In this document: positions 1 to 13,192 of the stretch, one piece after another | Position numbering within the stretch: the stretch's first letter is position 1 | Layout: each line of letters starts with the position of its first letter | Program-made: the position numbers and the translations under genes | Source: Octopus sinensis | Lineage: Eukaryota | Assembly: GCF_006345805.1 (NCBI RefSeq) | Contig: NC_042998.1 | Span: forward strand, 71,982,001-72,046,000 | Reading direction: 5' to 3' | Length of the DNA stretch: 64,000 nt | The notes under the pieces: generated by a model | Seen by the model: only the letters and a program-made list of their open reading frames with translations | The model's database searches: none | What the model was told of the DNA's origin: nothing

Positions 1-2406
1 CAACAGTGTGGGTAGTTATTTATCAGATTTCGTATATTGTCTATCCATCATGTTAAATTGCAGCAAGCAAATTCCGAATCATTGAGAGCGGCTTTTAATG
101 CCGTTGCTGTTCATTTAGATTCGCGGAACCCTTGGATAATCAACGCTTAATGACAAACACTCCAACTATATGTATATATATTTTTTATCTCAACATCTCG
201 CTAGTAGAATTAGATTATCAAGCGTTTTTTTTTTTCGTTTTTCTGAACTGAGATGCAACCTAATATAATTTGGCTACAATTTCCTGCTAAACGTGAATAG
301 GCTCCCAAGCGTAGTTTGTGATAGAAGAAAGAATGGAATTTTTAAAGATTTTTTTATGTACTAGTATCAACTTGTTATGGCAATAATTAAAGTGGCGAAA
401 ATAATTAGGAATAACTAAATCATACGTTTGCATAACATTAGTATTCTCTGAGGTTTTAGCTTCAGAACAGTAGCGCTTTTATTAACGAGGACTGATAGTA
501 TAATATAGCAAATACTACTACTTCATGCTAAAGGTATCTTTTTATACATTTGTTACAGTCGTAAGTTTAATGCCTCATTACCCTAAGATCATTTCCCACA
601 TGGGTCGAAAGCAGTGAAAGAAGGAAGAGGTTACAAACTTCAGAAATTTCGAAAACGGTGAAGATGGCTGATTACCAAAATTAACAACTCAAAAAGAAAC
701 AAGAAAAAACATCCGTTATTTCTTTAGTTGATTGAGAATGCGTTAATGTGTTGTATAATTTCTTTTCCCCAATAAAGAACTGTACAAAAAATTGTGAACA
801 CGTCGAACGGACAATCAGGATAAAGACAATTTATCACAGGAATTCCATTTAGGAAAAGTTTGAAAGTCAGTTTTAATTTCTCTCTGCAGTCTCAGATATT
901 TACAATAGCTGTTATAAATATTTATTGACTTTACTTTAGATATCACTTTTTCAATGGTTTTAATGCTATACATTGCAGTTCAGTTTTATATCATTTTATA
1001 GATCTCTTAAGGAAACATAAAAGCGTTTTTCATTAATCTATATATGCCGACAGGAATTATTTGAATTCTATTCTCTTTTTTTTTCTAATGTATCGAAAGC
1101 ACAAACAAGCATACGAGACTACAAAGAGTTGCTTTATCTATTACTTAGAGTTCACTCAAATAAAAATCAAGTGAACCCGGAACATTTTATAAAATATTGT
1201 ACTAGACCCACTCAGCCTTATACAAATGATGATCTGATATCTATTAGGATGGAATTGATCATATTAGCAGTGCAAAGCAGGAGTTGAACAGTAATAGTGG
1301 AAAAAACAAAACAAATAAAGGAAACAATAATGGAATGATGGGGCAATTAATAGCTTATTTCTATGACGTTAGCAAATGGCATTGTGATTCAATATTGTAT
1401 TCTAAACCAAAATTTAATGCGCGCGCAGACACACAGAGACACACACACGCACTGACACACACACAGTATGTTATACAAATATTTTTAAGGGGTGAGAGGA
1501 AGACGATTTTTCATACATTGTCAAATAAAATGTGTCATATTCAAAGAAAATGTAAGATACCGATTTGTTAATATGTCAAAGTATTTTCAGTTCAACCATT
1601 TACTACAATTAAAAAATATTACTTTATCCCTAACCGATGCAAGTACATTACGAAATATGGAAAAGTTTTGGCTTCCCAAATCTTACCTAAAATATGCTTT
1701 ACACTCTAGAGTGGCTACAATTTTCACTGTGAATTATAGTATTGGTGTTTACATGATCTCACTCTCTCGTGCGAGGAAAATATCTTCAAATCTAGCATCG
1801 TGTCAGATATCTAATTACAGTAACCACTTTGCCAATCTGATTGTTATCTTAAAAGTATTGCCGCAAATAAATGTGTACAATGTGAGAAATAGAAGTAGCA
1901 ATAAGTATGTTACAGATTGCTTTTAATGATATTATTAATGTGTAGTATTTTACTTTCAATTTATATTGGTGTCCGTAAATATAAACGTACAGAATATTAC
2001 TTTATTACAGCAGACATTTAATACGATAAAGAGAAAGTATTTTGTATCGACTGAAAAATTTATGAAAGGTATATTCTGCTAAATAATGCTTTAATATTGT
2101 AATTTCTTGGGAAAATACGTGTGGATATATAATTAATTTGTGGTTATCAACCAAGGCTGGTATACTTGTGTCAAATGTTAGCAATGTCTTTAATGCTTTG
2201 TTATATTCATTTTTTTCAATGGAGGAAACTGATAGGCATATTTGTGTTTTGCAATAGAATAGAAAATTAAATGGTAAAATTGTCAATTAAACGACAACCG
2301 CCAGTATAAGTATCGAGTTTCGAAACTAAGTATTGTCCTAGCAGGGCAGTCTCTTGGACTTCAGGTCCTGATATGTGTAATATATTTCTATGCACTTCTC
2401 TCATCT

Positions 2407-2825
2407 CGGATCTTTTCGGTTTGAAAGGCAGTTTTTTTAAAAATAATTTCCACGTAGCTAAACACTTTTCAGCTTCGTATACTGGTAGAATGTGTTTATA
2501 AAACATCTTTTTCTCTTGGTTTTATTGAGAACATTCTATAGTTTGTAAGGTAATTGTTGTACTTTTCTTCAATTTCTGTAATTTCAACCAATCAATGACG
2601 TCTATTGAGGTGCAAATATTTTGTGCCGTACGAATATGTCCCACGTTTAAGAAACAGATCGGGTTTATTTACATTTCTGAAGAAAAATAGATACCCTTCC
2701 CCCACCCCTAACCCTAACCCTAACTAACCCTAACCTTCAAACAGATTGAAATGTATTAGATCGATACTAGGGTCATAATTATGGGTAACAATTTCATATG
2801 ACACCGTTCAAACCGAAAAGATCCC
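2407..2825. mobile_element. MITE with ~22-bp terminal inverted repeats and an internal (CCCTAA)n tract
   Basis: cggatcttttcggtttgaaagg (2407-2428) vs ccgttcaaaccgaaaagatccc (2804-2825). Flanks tcatct / tcattt may be a 6-bp TSD with one mismatch. Confidence 0.75.
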
Positions 2826-3641
2826 TCATTTCTGTTTCTCAATAAACATACACAGATACATACATACGTACATGCATGCATGCATAATCCATCCATCCAT
2901 CCATCCATCCATTCATCCATCCATCCATACATACATACATACATACATACATACATACATACATACATTCATATACATAACAATTTACATTTATACCAAT
3001 AATAACTGGGGCACTTGATTTTGTAAGTAAATGCCTGTCAGTCGGGATTAGCTTAGATTTTCAGAAAAAGGACTCAACCTACAGATTAGCACATTACAAA
3101 TACAATCTGCAAGCAGAGCAGTAGAACTATGGAATACTTTACTCGTGTTTAAAATGTGACATTGTTTTCCTTGTCTACATTCCAATGATGGAATTTTGTA
3201 TCTTTGTAAAAAAAAAAAGATTCCATCTTCAGGGGAAGAACTTAAATTATTAAACGCAAAAGATATATACGTTCATATATACAAACCTACATACACAGAC
3301 ACGAATATGTTTGTATTTAGGTAGGCAGATGTTAGATAGCGGACATTTTTCTTGCAAGTTAAGTTCTTTTATTTTTCTTATAATGCATTGGAAGTTACTT
3401 TGTCTTTATTCAATAACTGTATACACAAGATAGCATAGAACTAAAAAACAATTAAATTTTATAAAATAATTGTTGAGTATATTAGTGAAAAATGTCTTCA
3501 ACGAAAATTGAGATAAAGTCTTGATTGCATTTTTCTTGTTGTGTACAACCAGTTATGTATATATACACTTGCACGCGCACACACACATACACGCACGCAA
3601 AAACACCCACATACATACACACACACGCATATATACATAGG

Positions 3642-3699
<58 letters not shown>

Positions 3700-6039
3700 C
3701 AGACATACACACACACACACACATACACACACACACGCACGCACATCGTATTTATATGTATTGTTTACGTGTGAACGTTCCTATATTCTCTGAAGCGTTT
3801 CAGCTCAAATGTACCTGCCATACTGGGGCACTGTCAGAATCATGACCTTTTCAATAGCCATTCTTAAGTGGCTTATCGATGAAACGAATAATATACCACC
3901 TTCCCTCTTTCACTGAAAGTTTGGAAATGTTATATAAAGTTTGTGTGTCTTACACTTGCTAAAAAAAAAAGAAAAATAGAAAAAAACATTCGTTGAAGAA
4001 ATCCCTTCCGATTAAACAGAAAAAGAATATACCTGTCATATGTCTTTCAATCGGTATTTCTACTCATAATTGTGCCAACATGATGGCATGTGTAAGTGCA
4101 TAGATGTCTATAAGACATACCATATATTTGGGGGTTTACTATGTGTTGAATAATTGTGTTTTTGGCTCACAGTGGGTTAAATAATTATGTGTTTCTGGTT
4201 TTCATTGGTTTTTTTTTTATAGTTTTGTGTTTTCTCTTTGATTTCATATTTGTTTCTGCCTCTATTACAACCATATTGCTCACTCACTTCTTGTCTCTCG
4301 CATATGAATAAGTACACTACCTGCCAATAGCAATTGTTACATCCTAAAGGTCTTAACATAAATTCTGAAAGATTGAGTTATCAACGATTTCTTATATTTA
4401 TTGATATTAATAATAGTAACAGTATCTCGCACATTTTCGGGGACAGTTTTTAATTTGCAATCAAAAGACCATTTACATGTCCAATGAAATTTGTCTATTT
4501 CTAACTTGGTTAAGGTTTTTCATCAGGATATTCCCGTTTCGGCTAATCTCCTTCATATATATCACTGTGAGACGCAGATAAATTGAGTGCTATTATATAC
4601 AAAATATTATCCACGAACAATAATAAATTATGCGGGTGTCAGCACCTGTGTATACATGCATACACATATACATACACTTGTGATTTTTATTGTTATGTAT
4701 ATATACATATCTACATTTTCGAATGCGCATATATTATGGAGCATTAATTTCCACTCCTGAATAGAGAAACACAAATAGTGTTTCGTATTGATCCATATCT
4801 TCGAGAAGCGCCATATACTTACTTATAATACTCTCTTTGTTTCTGTAATGTATAAATATTTCAGCAGTAGAGTAGATTTTGCACACACATTGATATATCA
4901 AAATGGGTATACGATCAAGTGATTATAATAACCTGTACCTTGAAATTATTTCCTTGTAATAGAACAAAACTGATCGCAATGAATACTTCAAGGAAGAGAA
5001 TCCAGAGAAGGAATGACAAGAAGAATCAATACAATTAAGGTATGTGAAAATGCCTGGCAAGGAACGTACGGTGTGGATTTCGCATAATAATTGTTAAGAT
5101 GTCAGAAATAGGAATATGATGATATTCCTTTGATACCATTAGATTTAACTGAACAGAAACAGAGTAAATACAGGAAAGTGTAATTATAGATGTAATGTAG
5201 ATACCACAGTTTTGACATAAGGATAATTTTTTTTCATTAAGTGGAAATAATTTTGCTGAATTTCTATACTTTTGCATTACAACTGATACGTATGTCAATA
5301 TTACATATCCATGAATACCCATATCTGTATTATACGTGTTCCTTTCATGAGATAATAAATATGGCAATACGTCAACCTAAACACAGTATATTTCTCTTAA
5401 AGTCCCATATTTATATAATTTTCTCCAATCATTGCTCTCATAATATCTTACCATGAAATTCATTTTATTGAATATTTTACTATGGTTCTTCAAAATAAAG
5501 GTATAATGGATTCTATTACTCTGCAATTTGAACGACTGCAGTAATATCGTAGGACCACTGAGACAAAGTGTTCATAGTTTGGAGTCTCGAGTTGATACAG
5601 GGAAGATGGGGGAGGAAGGAGAAAGAAGTGCGTCAGAGTTATTGGCGTGGGGATATTAAGTCACGAATGAGCTACGAGGAGAGAATACGTAAGAAGCGAT
5701 TGACTAAGCAAATGTTGAAAGAATACGTTTGTGTGATTGGGTTGGCGTCTTACTTGCGAGTGACGCGTTACGTGTAGTTATGTGTGTGTGTGTGTAGTAG
5801 TAGTAGTAGCTTCGTATATTTCTTGAGTTTTGTAAAGAGAAAGCAGCTTGGTGGTGGGGAGTGAATTGAATTTTCGTATTAAGTAAGATGTACTATAGTT
5901 TTTAATGAATGACATATTTTTTAAAATATTACTATACACTGAGTATAATTTTAATCTACATCCAGTAGTGGGGCCCCTGTTAAGGATTTCCTGTGTGTGG
6001 AACCTCATCTTAGCTACTCTGCTCAGGACTATAGGTAAA

Positions 6040-6575
6040 TTAGTACGTCATTCTCAGGGATGGAGCACTTTAGCCTAGCTGGTGGTGGTGGGGGCAACTT
6101 GTCTACTAGAAGCAAAACCCTGATACTAAACTTCTAATGCCTTGCTGCGATACCCACACGTGGGTATTATTTCGTATGGAAACTCCGAGTGAAAATCGTC
6201 AGTCCAAGCTTCAGAGGGTGTTTTGACGTTGTGGGTAAACTTTCATCGACACTGGTGACAAATTTTAACGGGCGAGCTCTGCCTTTGTATACATCAGTGA
6301 AGTGGAAGGCAGGAAAGGTGATGGAATGAGGTTGAATGGGAAACAACATGTTCTCTATGCCATATTTCCCAGGCTTCCATCGTATCGAACACACTACATT
6401 GGAGAGATAGAACCAGGCAACGCACCTGAGAAGACGCTCTGGACTTGCCAACGAAGTCCACGCATTATAGGGTACACACGTCACCGGTTGCATGTCATCG
6501 CTACAACTGAAACAGCAATGGTGAGCCCCATAGTGCGACATATGTGGGAAAGACTCTTATATGTTCGTCAGACAT
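6040..6575 (+). mobile_element. RTE-clade LINE 5' region fragment
   Basis: ggggcaacttgtctactagaagcaaaaccctgatactaaac...gccttgctgcgataccc resembles RTE 5' UTRs as I recall them. No intact ORF. Confidence 0.45.
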
Positions 6576-6577
6576 CA

Positions 6578-6980
6578 GGCGTAGGAGTGGCTGTGTGGTA
6601 AGTAGCTTGCTTACCAACCACATAGTTCCGGGTTCAGTCCCACTGCGTGGCACCTTGGGCAAATATCTTCTACTATAGCCTCGGGCCGACCAAAGCCTTG
6701 TGAGGGGATTTGATAGATGGAAACTGAAAGAAGCCCGTCGTATATATGCATATATACATGTGTGTGTATATGTTTGTGTGTCTGTGTTTGTCCCCCCAAC
6801 ATTGTTTGACGAACTGATGCTGGTGTGTTTACGTCCGAGTAACTTAACGGTTCGGGAAAAGAGACGATAGAATAAGTACTAGGCTTACAAAGAATACGTC
6901 CTGGGATTGATTTGCTCGACTAAAGGCGGTGCTCCAGCATGGCCACAGTCAAATGACTGAAACAAGTAAAGAGAATAAAG
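6578..6980 (+). mobile_element. tRNA-derived SINE, family A, full length
   Basis: Head ggcgtaggagtggctgtgtggtaag...gggttcagtcc (A/B boxes), central microsatellite, tail gcggtgctccagcatggcc...aatgactgaaacaagtaaaagag. Possible TSD agacat. Several copies in the window. Confidence 0.85.
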
Positions 6981-8141
6981 AGACATTTCAGCCACAAAAA
7001 AACTCTGTTGCAGTTGAGCGGACAGCTACGGCCTTCAACTACAGGCATTAACCGCAGTGAAAGGGTTCAATAATATTACCTATCGTAAGATATCTTTATT
7101 TTGTTTTATGAAGAAGAAATGTGTGCTACACTTTTCGAATTAGTTCTTTTAATTAACTACTTTTATTATAATGTACATGTCCTACAAATATTATAGTTTA
7201 ACATACTCGGTTACAAGAATAGTAACATAACGGATTTGACTTTACAACTATATTTTTTACATGCATAAATTTGTTGATTTGTTGGAACAGCTAACTCGTT
7301 CAAAAATATATCTCCCCTTTCCTTAATATGTCCCAATCCTCAGAGCAGATAAATATTCGTATCTTATTGTCTTACTTCACCAAACTTACTACACCAACAG
7401 CAATATTCAATTTAAAAGCAGCCGTATGGAAAACTAATCAGATCAGATAACATTAACCCACAGGAATATATGCTATATTACTTTTGACAACATTTTCAAC
7501 TTGTTATTTGAGCTGAAAATAGATGTTGCTTCAAATACTTTCCTTTATCTTTCCATTTATTTTCTTGCCATCACCATGTGTATAGCTAGCGAGAAAAATA
7601 GTTTTTACGACCTATTACTCACCCAAAATTTACCTTATCTCTGAGGAGTTTATCAATATTATATAGCCTATTCTCTTGTTCCCATATTCTATTTCTATCT
7701 TTACGAAATACATTTCTGATACTTTATTTTTCTTTTTTCACCATTTTATTTCTCTTCATGCTTTTGAAGTAATATATGAAATCTGAAACTTAACTCCATT
7801 ATTCTTTACTAGCTTTTCTATTTCATATTTATCATTGTTAAATATTCGGTATCTACACGTCACAATAATTCATCAGATCTATTGTGAAGGATTTATATAA
7901 AATTGAATGATTTCAAAAAAATAACTTGACATTCATGCTTTTCTCTATAAATATGTGAGATGAAGAAGAAGATATGTACCATCGAACAGATCTTAGAGCT
8001 TTTGCTTTATTTGTTTTTCATTTGGTATATAATCGTTTCAGTAGATGAATAATGTTTCGTTGTCGAAATAAATTTCTTTCAATGTATATACTCTGCTACT
8101 ACTCTACTGCAGATGATACGCACTGCTACCGTACTATTCTT

Positions 8142-8142
<1 letters not shown>

Positions 8143-8231
<89 letters not shown>

Positions 8232-8290
8232 GTCTATCTGTCTATCTGTCTGTCTGTCTGTGTCTGTCTGTATGTCTGTCTATATATCTA
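8143..8290. repeat. (CTAT)n/(CTGT)n microsatellite
   Basis: Direct reading. Confidence 0.95.
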
Positions 8291-8523
8291 TCTATAAAAT
8301 CTATCTATCTGTGTATCTAACTACCAATTGACGTGCCTACCTATTCACCTACCTAAGTACCTACATCCTTACATACGTACCCACCTAGCTACCTACATAC
8401 CTATATATTTCCCTACCTATCTATCTTTTCTATTAATATTTGAGCTTGTTTTTATGATAAATTCTAAAAACAATTTTACATCAATACATTTCAGGTGCAA
8501 TATATATGTACCATTAAGCTTTA

Positions 8524-8570
<47 letters not shown>

Positions 8571-8789
8571 ATACATATATATATATACATACATATATAT
8601 ATATATATATATACATTTATATATACGTACATATATATATATATATATATATGTATACATATATATATATATATATACATACATATATATATATACATTT
8701 ATATATACGTACATATATATATACATATATATATGTACATACATATATATATATATACATATATATACATACATATATATATATATACA

Positions 8790-9430
8790 TCTCTCTCACC
8801 CTCACCATTCTTCATGGTCTCCTCGCACCATTCCCCTTCTTCTCTCCCTTCCTGTTGCTCCTCCTCCCCCTTCCCGTCGTCCACCTGCGACGATACTTCC
8901 GCCCTGACTGCTAACTGTCTTTCTCGCCTGGCCTTCAAGGCAACTGGACGACTTTTCCTGCTCTCTCGTCGTTCACAAAAAAATTCTGCGTTTGCAATAC
9001 TTTTTTCGTTCGGCGTCAACAGCCCTTCTTATCTTGTTTTCCCTGTCCTGTCTTTTACTGTTATATATATTTTTTTACTGTTTATATATTTTTTTACTGT
9101 TTGTTTACTGTTTATATTTTTGTACTGTCGTTACTGTCCTGTTTTTTTGACCATTTTTTTACCATTTTATACCCCTCTGCGAAAAGATCTCAGAATTTTA
9201 ATTGATTTGCTTTTCGCAGGAAGGAAAGTTTCTTGTCGAAGATATGTCTCGCTTTTATCCTTCGAAACGTAGAGTAGATGAAACCTTAGCGACTGAAGAA
9301 GGGGTTTTTTCGTTGTGTTAATTGTCCTGTACTCCATTTTTTGTTGTTTTTAAAAAAATGTCCTATTCCCTTGGTTTGTGTCTATGTTTTCGTTTCTCTT
9401 TGTGTTCGACGTCCCTTTGGTGTCCTGTAC
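8790..9430 (+). mobile_element. Non-autonomous interspersed repeat, family T, copy 1
   Basis: Shares acagccct...ctgtcctg...gcgaaaa...ccttcgaaacg...actgaagaagggg with the reverse complement of 17303-17760. Confidence 0.55.
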
Positions 9431-9598
9431 TCATATATGCGTGTATATGTACATGTGGAGGTAGGTACGTACATATATGTTTATATATATGCATATGTTT
9501 TATTTCATTTATTAATATATATACATATACATATATATACATACATACATATATATATACATATATATATACATATATATACATATATATATATATGC

Positions 9599-9668
<70 letters not shown>

Positions 9669-9677
9669 ATATATATA

Positions 9678-9713
<36 letters not shown>

Positions 9714-9714
9714 T

Positions 9715-9925
9715 GTGTATCTCTGTGTCTGTGTTTGTCCCACCATCACTGCTTGAAAAGCAGTGTGGTACGTTTAAGTCCCTGTAACTTAGCAGTTCTG
9801 CAAAACTGATCGATAGAATAAGTACCAGGCTGAAAAAAAAAGTTCCGTGAGTGATACACTCGACTAAAAATTCAAGGTGGTGTCCCAGTATGACCGCTGT
9901 CGGATGACTGAAACAAGTGAGAATA
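9715..9925 (+). mobile_element. SINE family A, 3' half
   Basis: Matches the 3' half of 6578-6980, ending gatgactgaaacaagtgag. Confidence 0.7.
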
Positions 9926-9960
9926 CAGATATATATATAAACTTAATAAGAATAGCTTAG

Positions 9961-10560
9961 ACAATGACGTCAACGTTTCGGGCAGTTAAGTCATCCTCAG
10001 GTTGTGATGAATTAAGTGTAATTTTGACTCTGTATAGCTCCTGATGAGATAACGTTTCCTGCGATCTCGTGGGTTAAGTCGATTGGTCATTGCATTTTGG
10101 TGTGGACAGTGATGTGAGGCGTGCTGGGAATGTTTTTATTGATTAAATTTGGTGTTATGTTATTGTTTAGTATTTATACAGATTGTAAACAGGTAATATG
10201 TTTAGGTATCTCAGGTTTGTTCATGGGAGTGTTTCCTAGTGGCTCACAAAATGGATGTAGGTAGGTTAAGGAAGTTGGGTTGGACAGTGGGTACATCATT
10301 AGTTTTATATCTTTTTGTTTTGCCGATTAAATCCTTTCTTTTGCTGTATAAATATCAAATTTCAAAGTTTAATCAACATATAAGAAGCTTAGTAATCGTG
10401 GGGGTGTCACTTGTTTTGCAATGAAATTTTCAAGGGTTCACAACAGAATGAATATAGGTGGTATGCTTATGTTGGTTAGTGTTTTCTTTTTTACTTGATG
10501 TTAGTATTATTTAGAGTATTTTCTTTCCGTATTTGGAAAGTAGAGGTTATTGCTCCAGCG
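9961..10560 (-). mobile_element. PLE 3' fragment ending in a minimal hammerhead motif
   Basis: Decayed coding-like sequence followed by acaac-ctgagga-tgacttaactgccc-gaaac-gttgac-gtc-attgt (10005-9961). Confidence 0.55.
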
Positions 10561-10737
10561 TGTCATGATGTCATGATCTTGTTATATATATATATATATA
10601 TATATAACATAAACAGAAAATGGAGAAATATTGAACAATTGGCTTACATCAATTATTATTTTTAAATTGAATAAAAATAGACTGTATCCCATCTAACAGC
10701 TTTTTCTGCTTCTAATGTGATATGGTATGGCCATTGA

Positions 10738-11081
10738 TATTCTAAAAATAATATTCATCATATTTGGTAACAAAATCCGATCTGGAAAATGGAGGTTCAT
10801 TAGAGTGAAGAAAAATACATACATAAAATAAACAAGAGCCTCGAGAGAAAAAGGAAATGCTTAATATATTTAAATCATACCATCTTGCTTATGCGTCGCT
10901 CAACAACCGAAAGCGACACATAACCAAAATGGTATAATTTAAACATATTATACCTTTCATCTTCCTCTCGGGGCTCTTCTACTCTTCTTTTCTTTTATGT
11001 ATGTATTTTTCTTCACTCTGACGAAGCCTCATGTTCCAGATCGGATTTATTACCAAATATGATGAATATAATTCTTAGAAT
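10738..11081. repeat. Imperfect foldback (arms ~150 bp)
   Basis: atattcatcatatttggtaacaaaatccgatctggaa...gagtgaagaaaaatacatacataaaa pairs with ttttatgtatgtatttttcttcactc...ttccagatcggatttattaccaaatatgatgaatat. Confidence 0.8.
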
Positions 11082-13156
11082 TAACATATTCCGAATTAAC
11101 ATCCGCTAATATTACGATTAAATGGAGATGCACTTACAAAGACGATTAGAAACATTTCAATAAAATCGATCTTAAAATAAATGTAAAATGATTTTTCCTG
11201 GATTAATTTGGTTTCTTATTCGGAGTTATATTTTGCTGCAAATTTCGTATTGGATTTTTAATTCATCGATAAAATAGAGTTGCTCATAACAAGTACTACA
11301 TCAATACTAATGAACCAGATACATTTAACCATAGTTTTAAGATATTAGTAAGATGTATTAGAGCATTGAATCTAGTTTTACTAGAATAATGACATAGAAA
11401 TATTTTCCGATGTAAGAAAATAAAAAGACATTACAAATTTTACGGTGTAAGAGAATATTGAATGTAGTTATATAATTTCAGACTAGTATATTCTTGAACG
11501 TAAATCATACAGAAATTTCAATATAAGAAAACAATCCTACGGCACAGGATATAAACACACACACACACACGCACACACGCATGCACTTGTGCATGCATGC
11601 ATGATTTGAGTGATGTGTGTGCGTCTGTGTGTGTGAATTTATACATATATATATATACATAAACATACAGGCAAACATACGCACATACGTTCAGGCGTAC
11701 ACACGTATGCTAACACATTCTCACACTCACATTCACATATATATTATGCATATTTTTCTATATATAATTTTGAGAGAATCATATAATGAATAACGATCTA
11801 ATCTACAGGAAGCCATAAAATTATAGAAATCTTTCTTCGAAATTTTGCACAATCAAACAATTTAATACATAAGTTTGTTATGTTGCCGTCCAATTACAGC
11901 TCTATCTAAAATAAGAATTACTTGACACAGCGTTTTAAATAACATTTATAATATCTGATATTCTAGGGTTTCTTTGCTCTAACTTAGAGGTTAGAAAGAG
12001 TAATTCTGTCCCGAATGTTTACTAGCTATAATATCAACAATTTATGCTTATATTTGTTCACACATTTCCAACATTTTGTTTTCTCTGTAATTCAAGTTGT
12101 GAAGGAAGCCATGCAGCATACTTTAAAAGTTACAGAATGCAGCTCTATAATAAATTGATCTATGTTGCAACGAAAGAAAAATAAACATGTATAACACTTA
12201 AAATTCATGTTTAATATTAGCCTTCTTTTCATTCATATGACAGCAGAAAAAGAAGGATTTGATCTAACAATTCAAATGAAGAAAAGAAAAGAAAAAGTGT
12301 TGGTAAAAAGGAATTCTCTATGTGAAAATTTATTTAGCATATTTGCCAAGGTAGAAAAAGTCAAGTAGGAAAAGCGAGCAGCTGTTCATGATCTTCCCAG
12401 CTTTGAAAGCTTCCTTTTAGTATCATATACGTCGAGATAATATTGATTTCTTTCAAGAAAGCTACACGTTTTTGGTCACTTAAAGTTAATATAATTAGGA
12501 ATATAATTAAAGCGAATTTCATTTTACCTTGAATTAAATCCTATGTCGTCATTTGGCGCGGCAAGGGATAAACTATTTCACATGCTGCTTTCTCGTCTGT
12601 TACAAAACTAAGAGGTAAAAAAGTTTGTGAGGAGGCGAAAAATAATGCGATCATTCCGTGGTACTATAGTGCTTGATTAAAAATTCAAAAATGCATCTGG
12701 AAAAATGTGTATTGAAGAATTTGATGAATACAAATCCCTGTTTTAATTAAAACAGTGTATCACCCGTGTAGTTAGTTGGCATAGATGCATTTCACTTTAT
12801 GATTACTAACTCTTTCCTTCTTGTTCATTGTCTATTATACCGATTTGCAATACTGAATTTCACTTAGTAACTCATCTTCAGAAACTCATTGCATAAGTTT
12901 TAGTATGTTATACTTAATTATGGAGAACAGAAATTTTCTAAACAGATATGGAAACAAATAAAATAAAAGCGTAGACCACCACTTTGATATAATAGAATAT
13001 TTATTTCGGGACTACACGAAGTATTAAGCTAAAAACTACAGCTTACACTGTAAGCTTTAGTTAAACTAAAGCTTGACTAAAGCTTACATAGATTAGTATG
13101 TCTTACATTACACAGGCGAACACGCACGCACATAAATATACACTCATGCACATATT

Positions 13157-13192
<36 letters not shown>

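Noticed and set aside
1492-1926. 144-aa AT-rich ORF
   Set aside because: No recognisable motif or splice context; consistent with chance.
2700-2740. CCCTAA tract as a telomere or fusion scar
   Set aside because: Only about five units, and inside a MITE.
4963-5039. Plus-strand segment with acceptor and gtatgt donor
   Set aside because: Stops in all three frames and no partner exons; such signals are common by chance.
10035-10075. Plus-strand ctgatgag with a short hairpin
   Set aside because: No GAAA after stem II.
12528-12596. Minus-strand 69-nt segment with acceptor and donor
   Set aside because: Stops in all frames; no support for a transcript.
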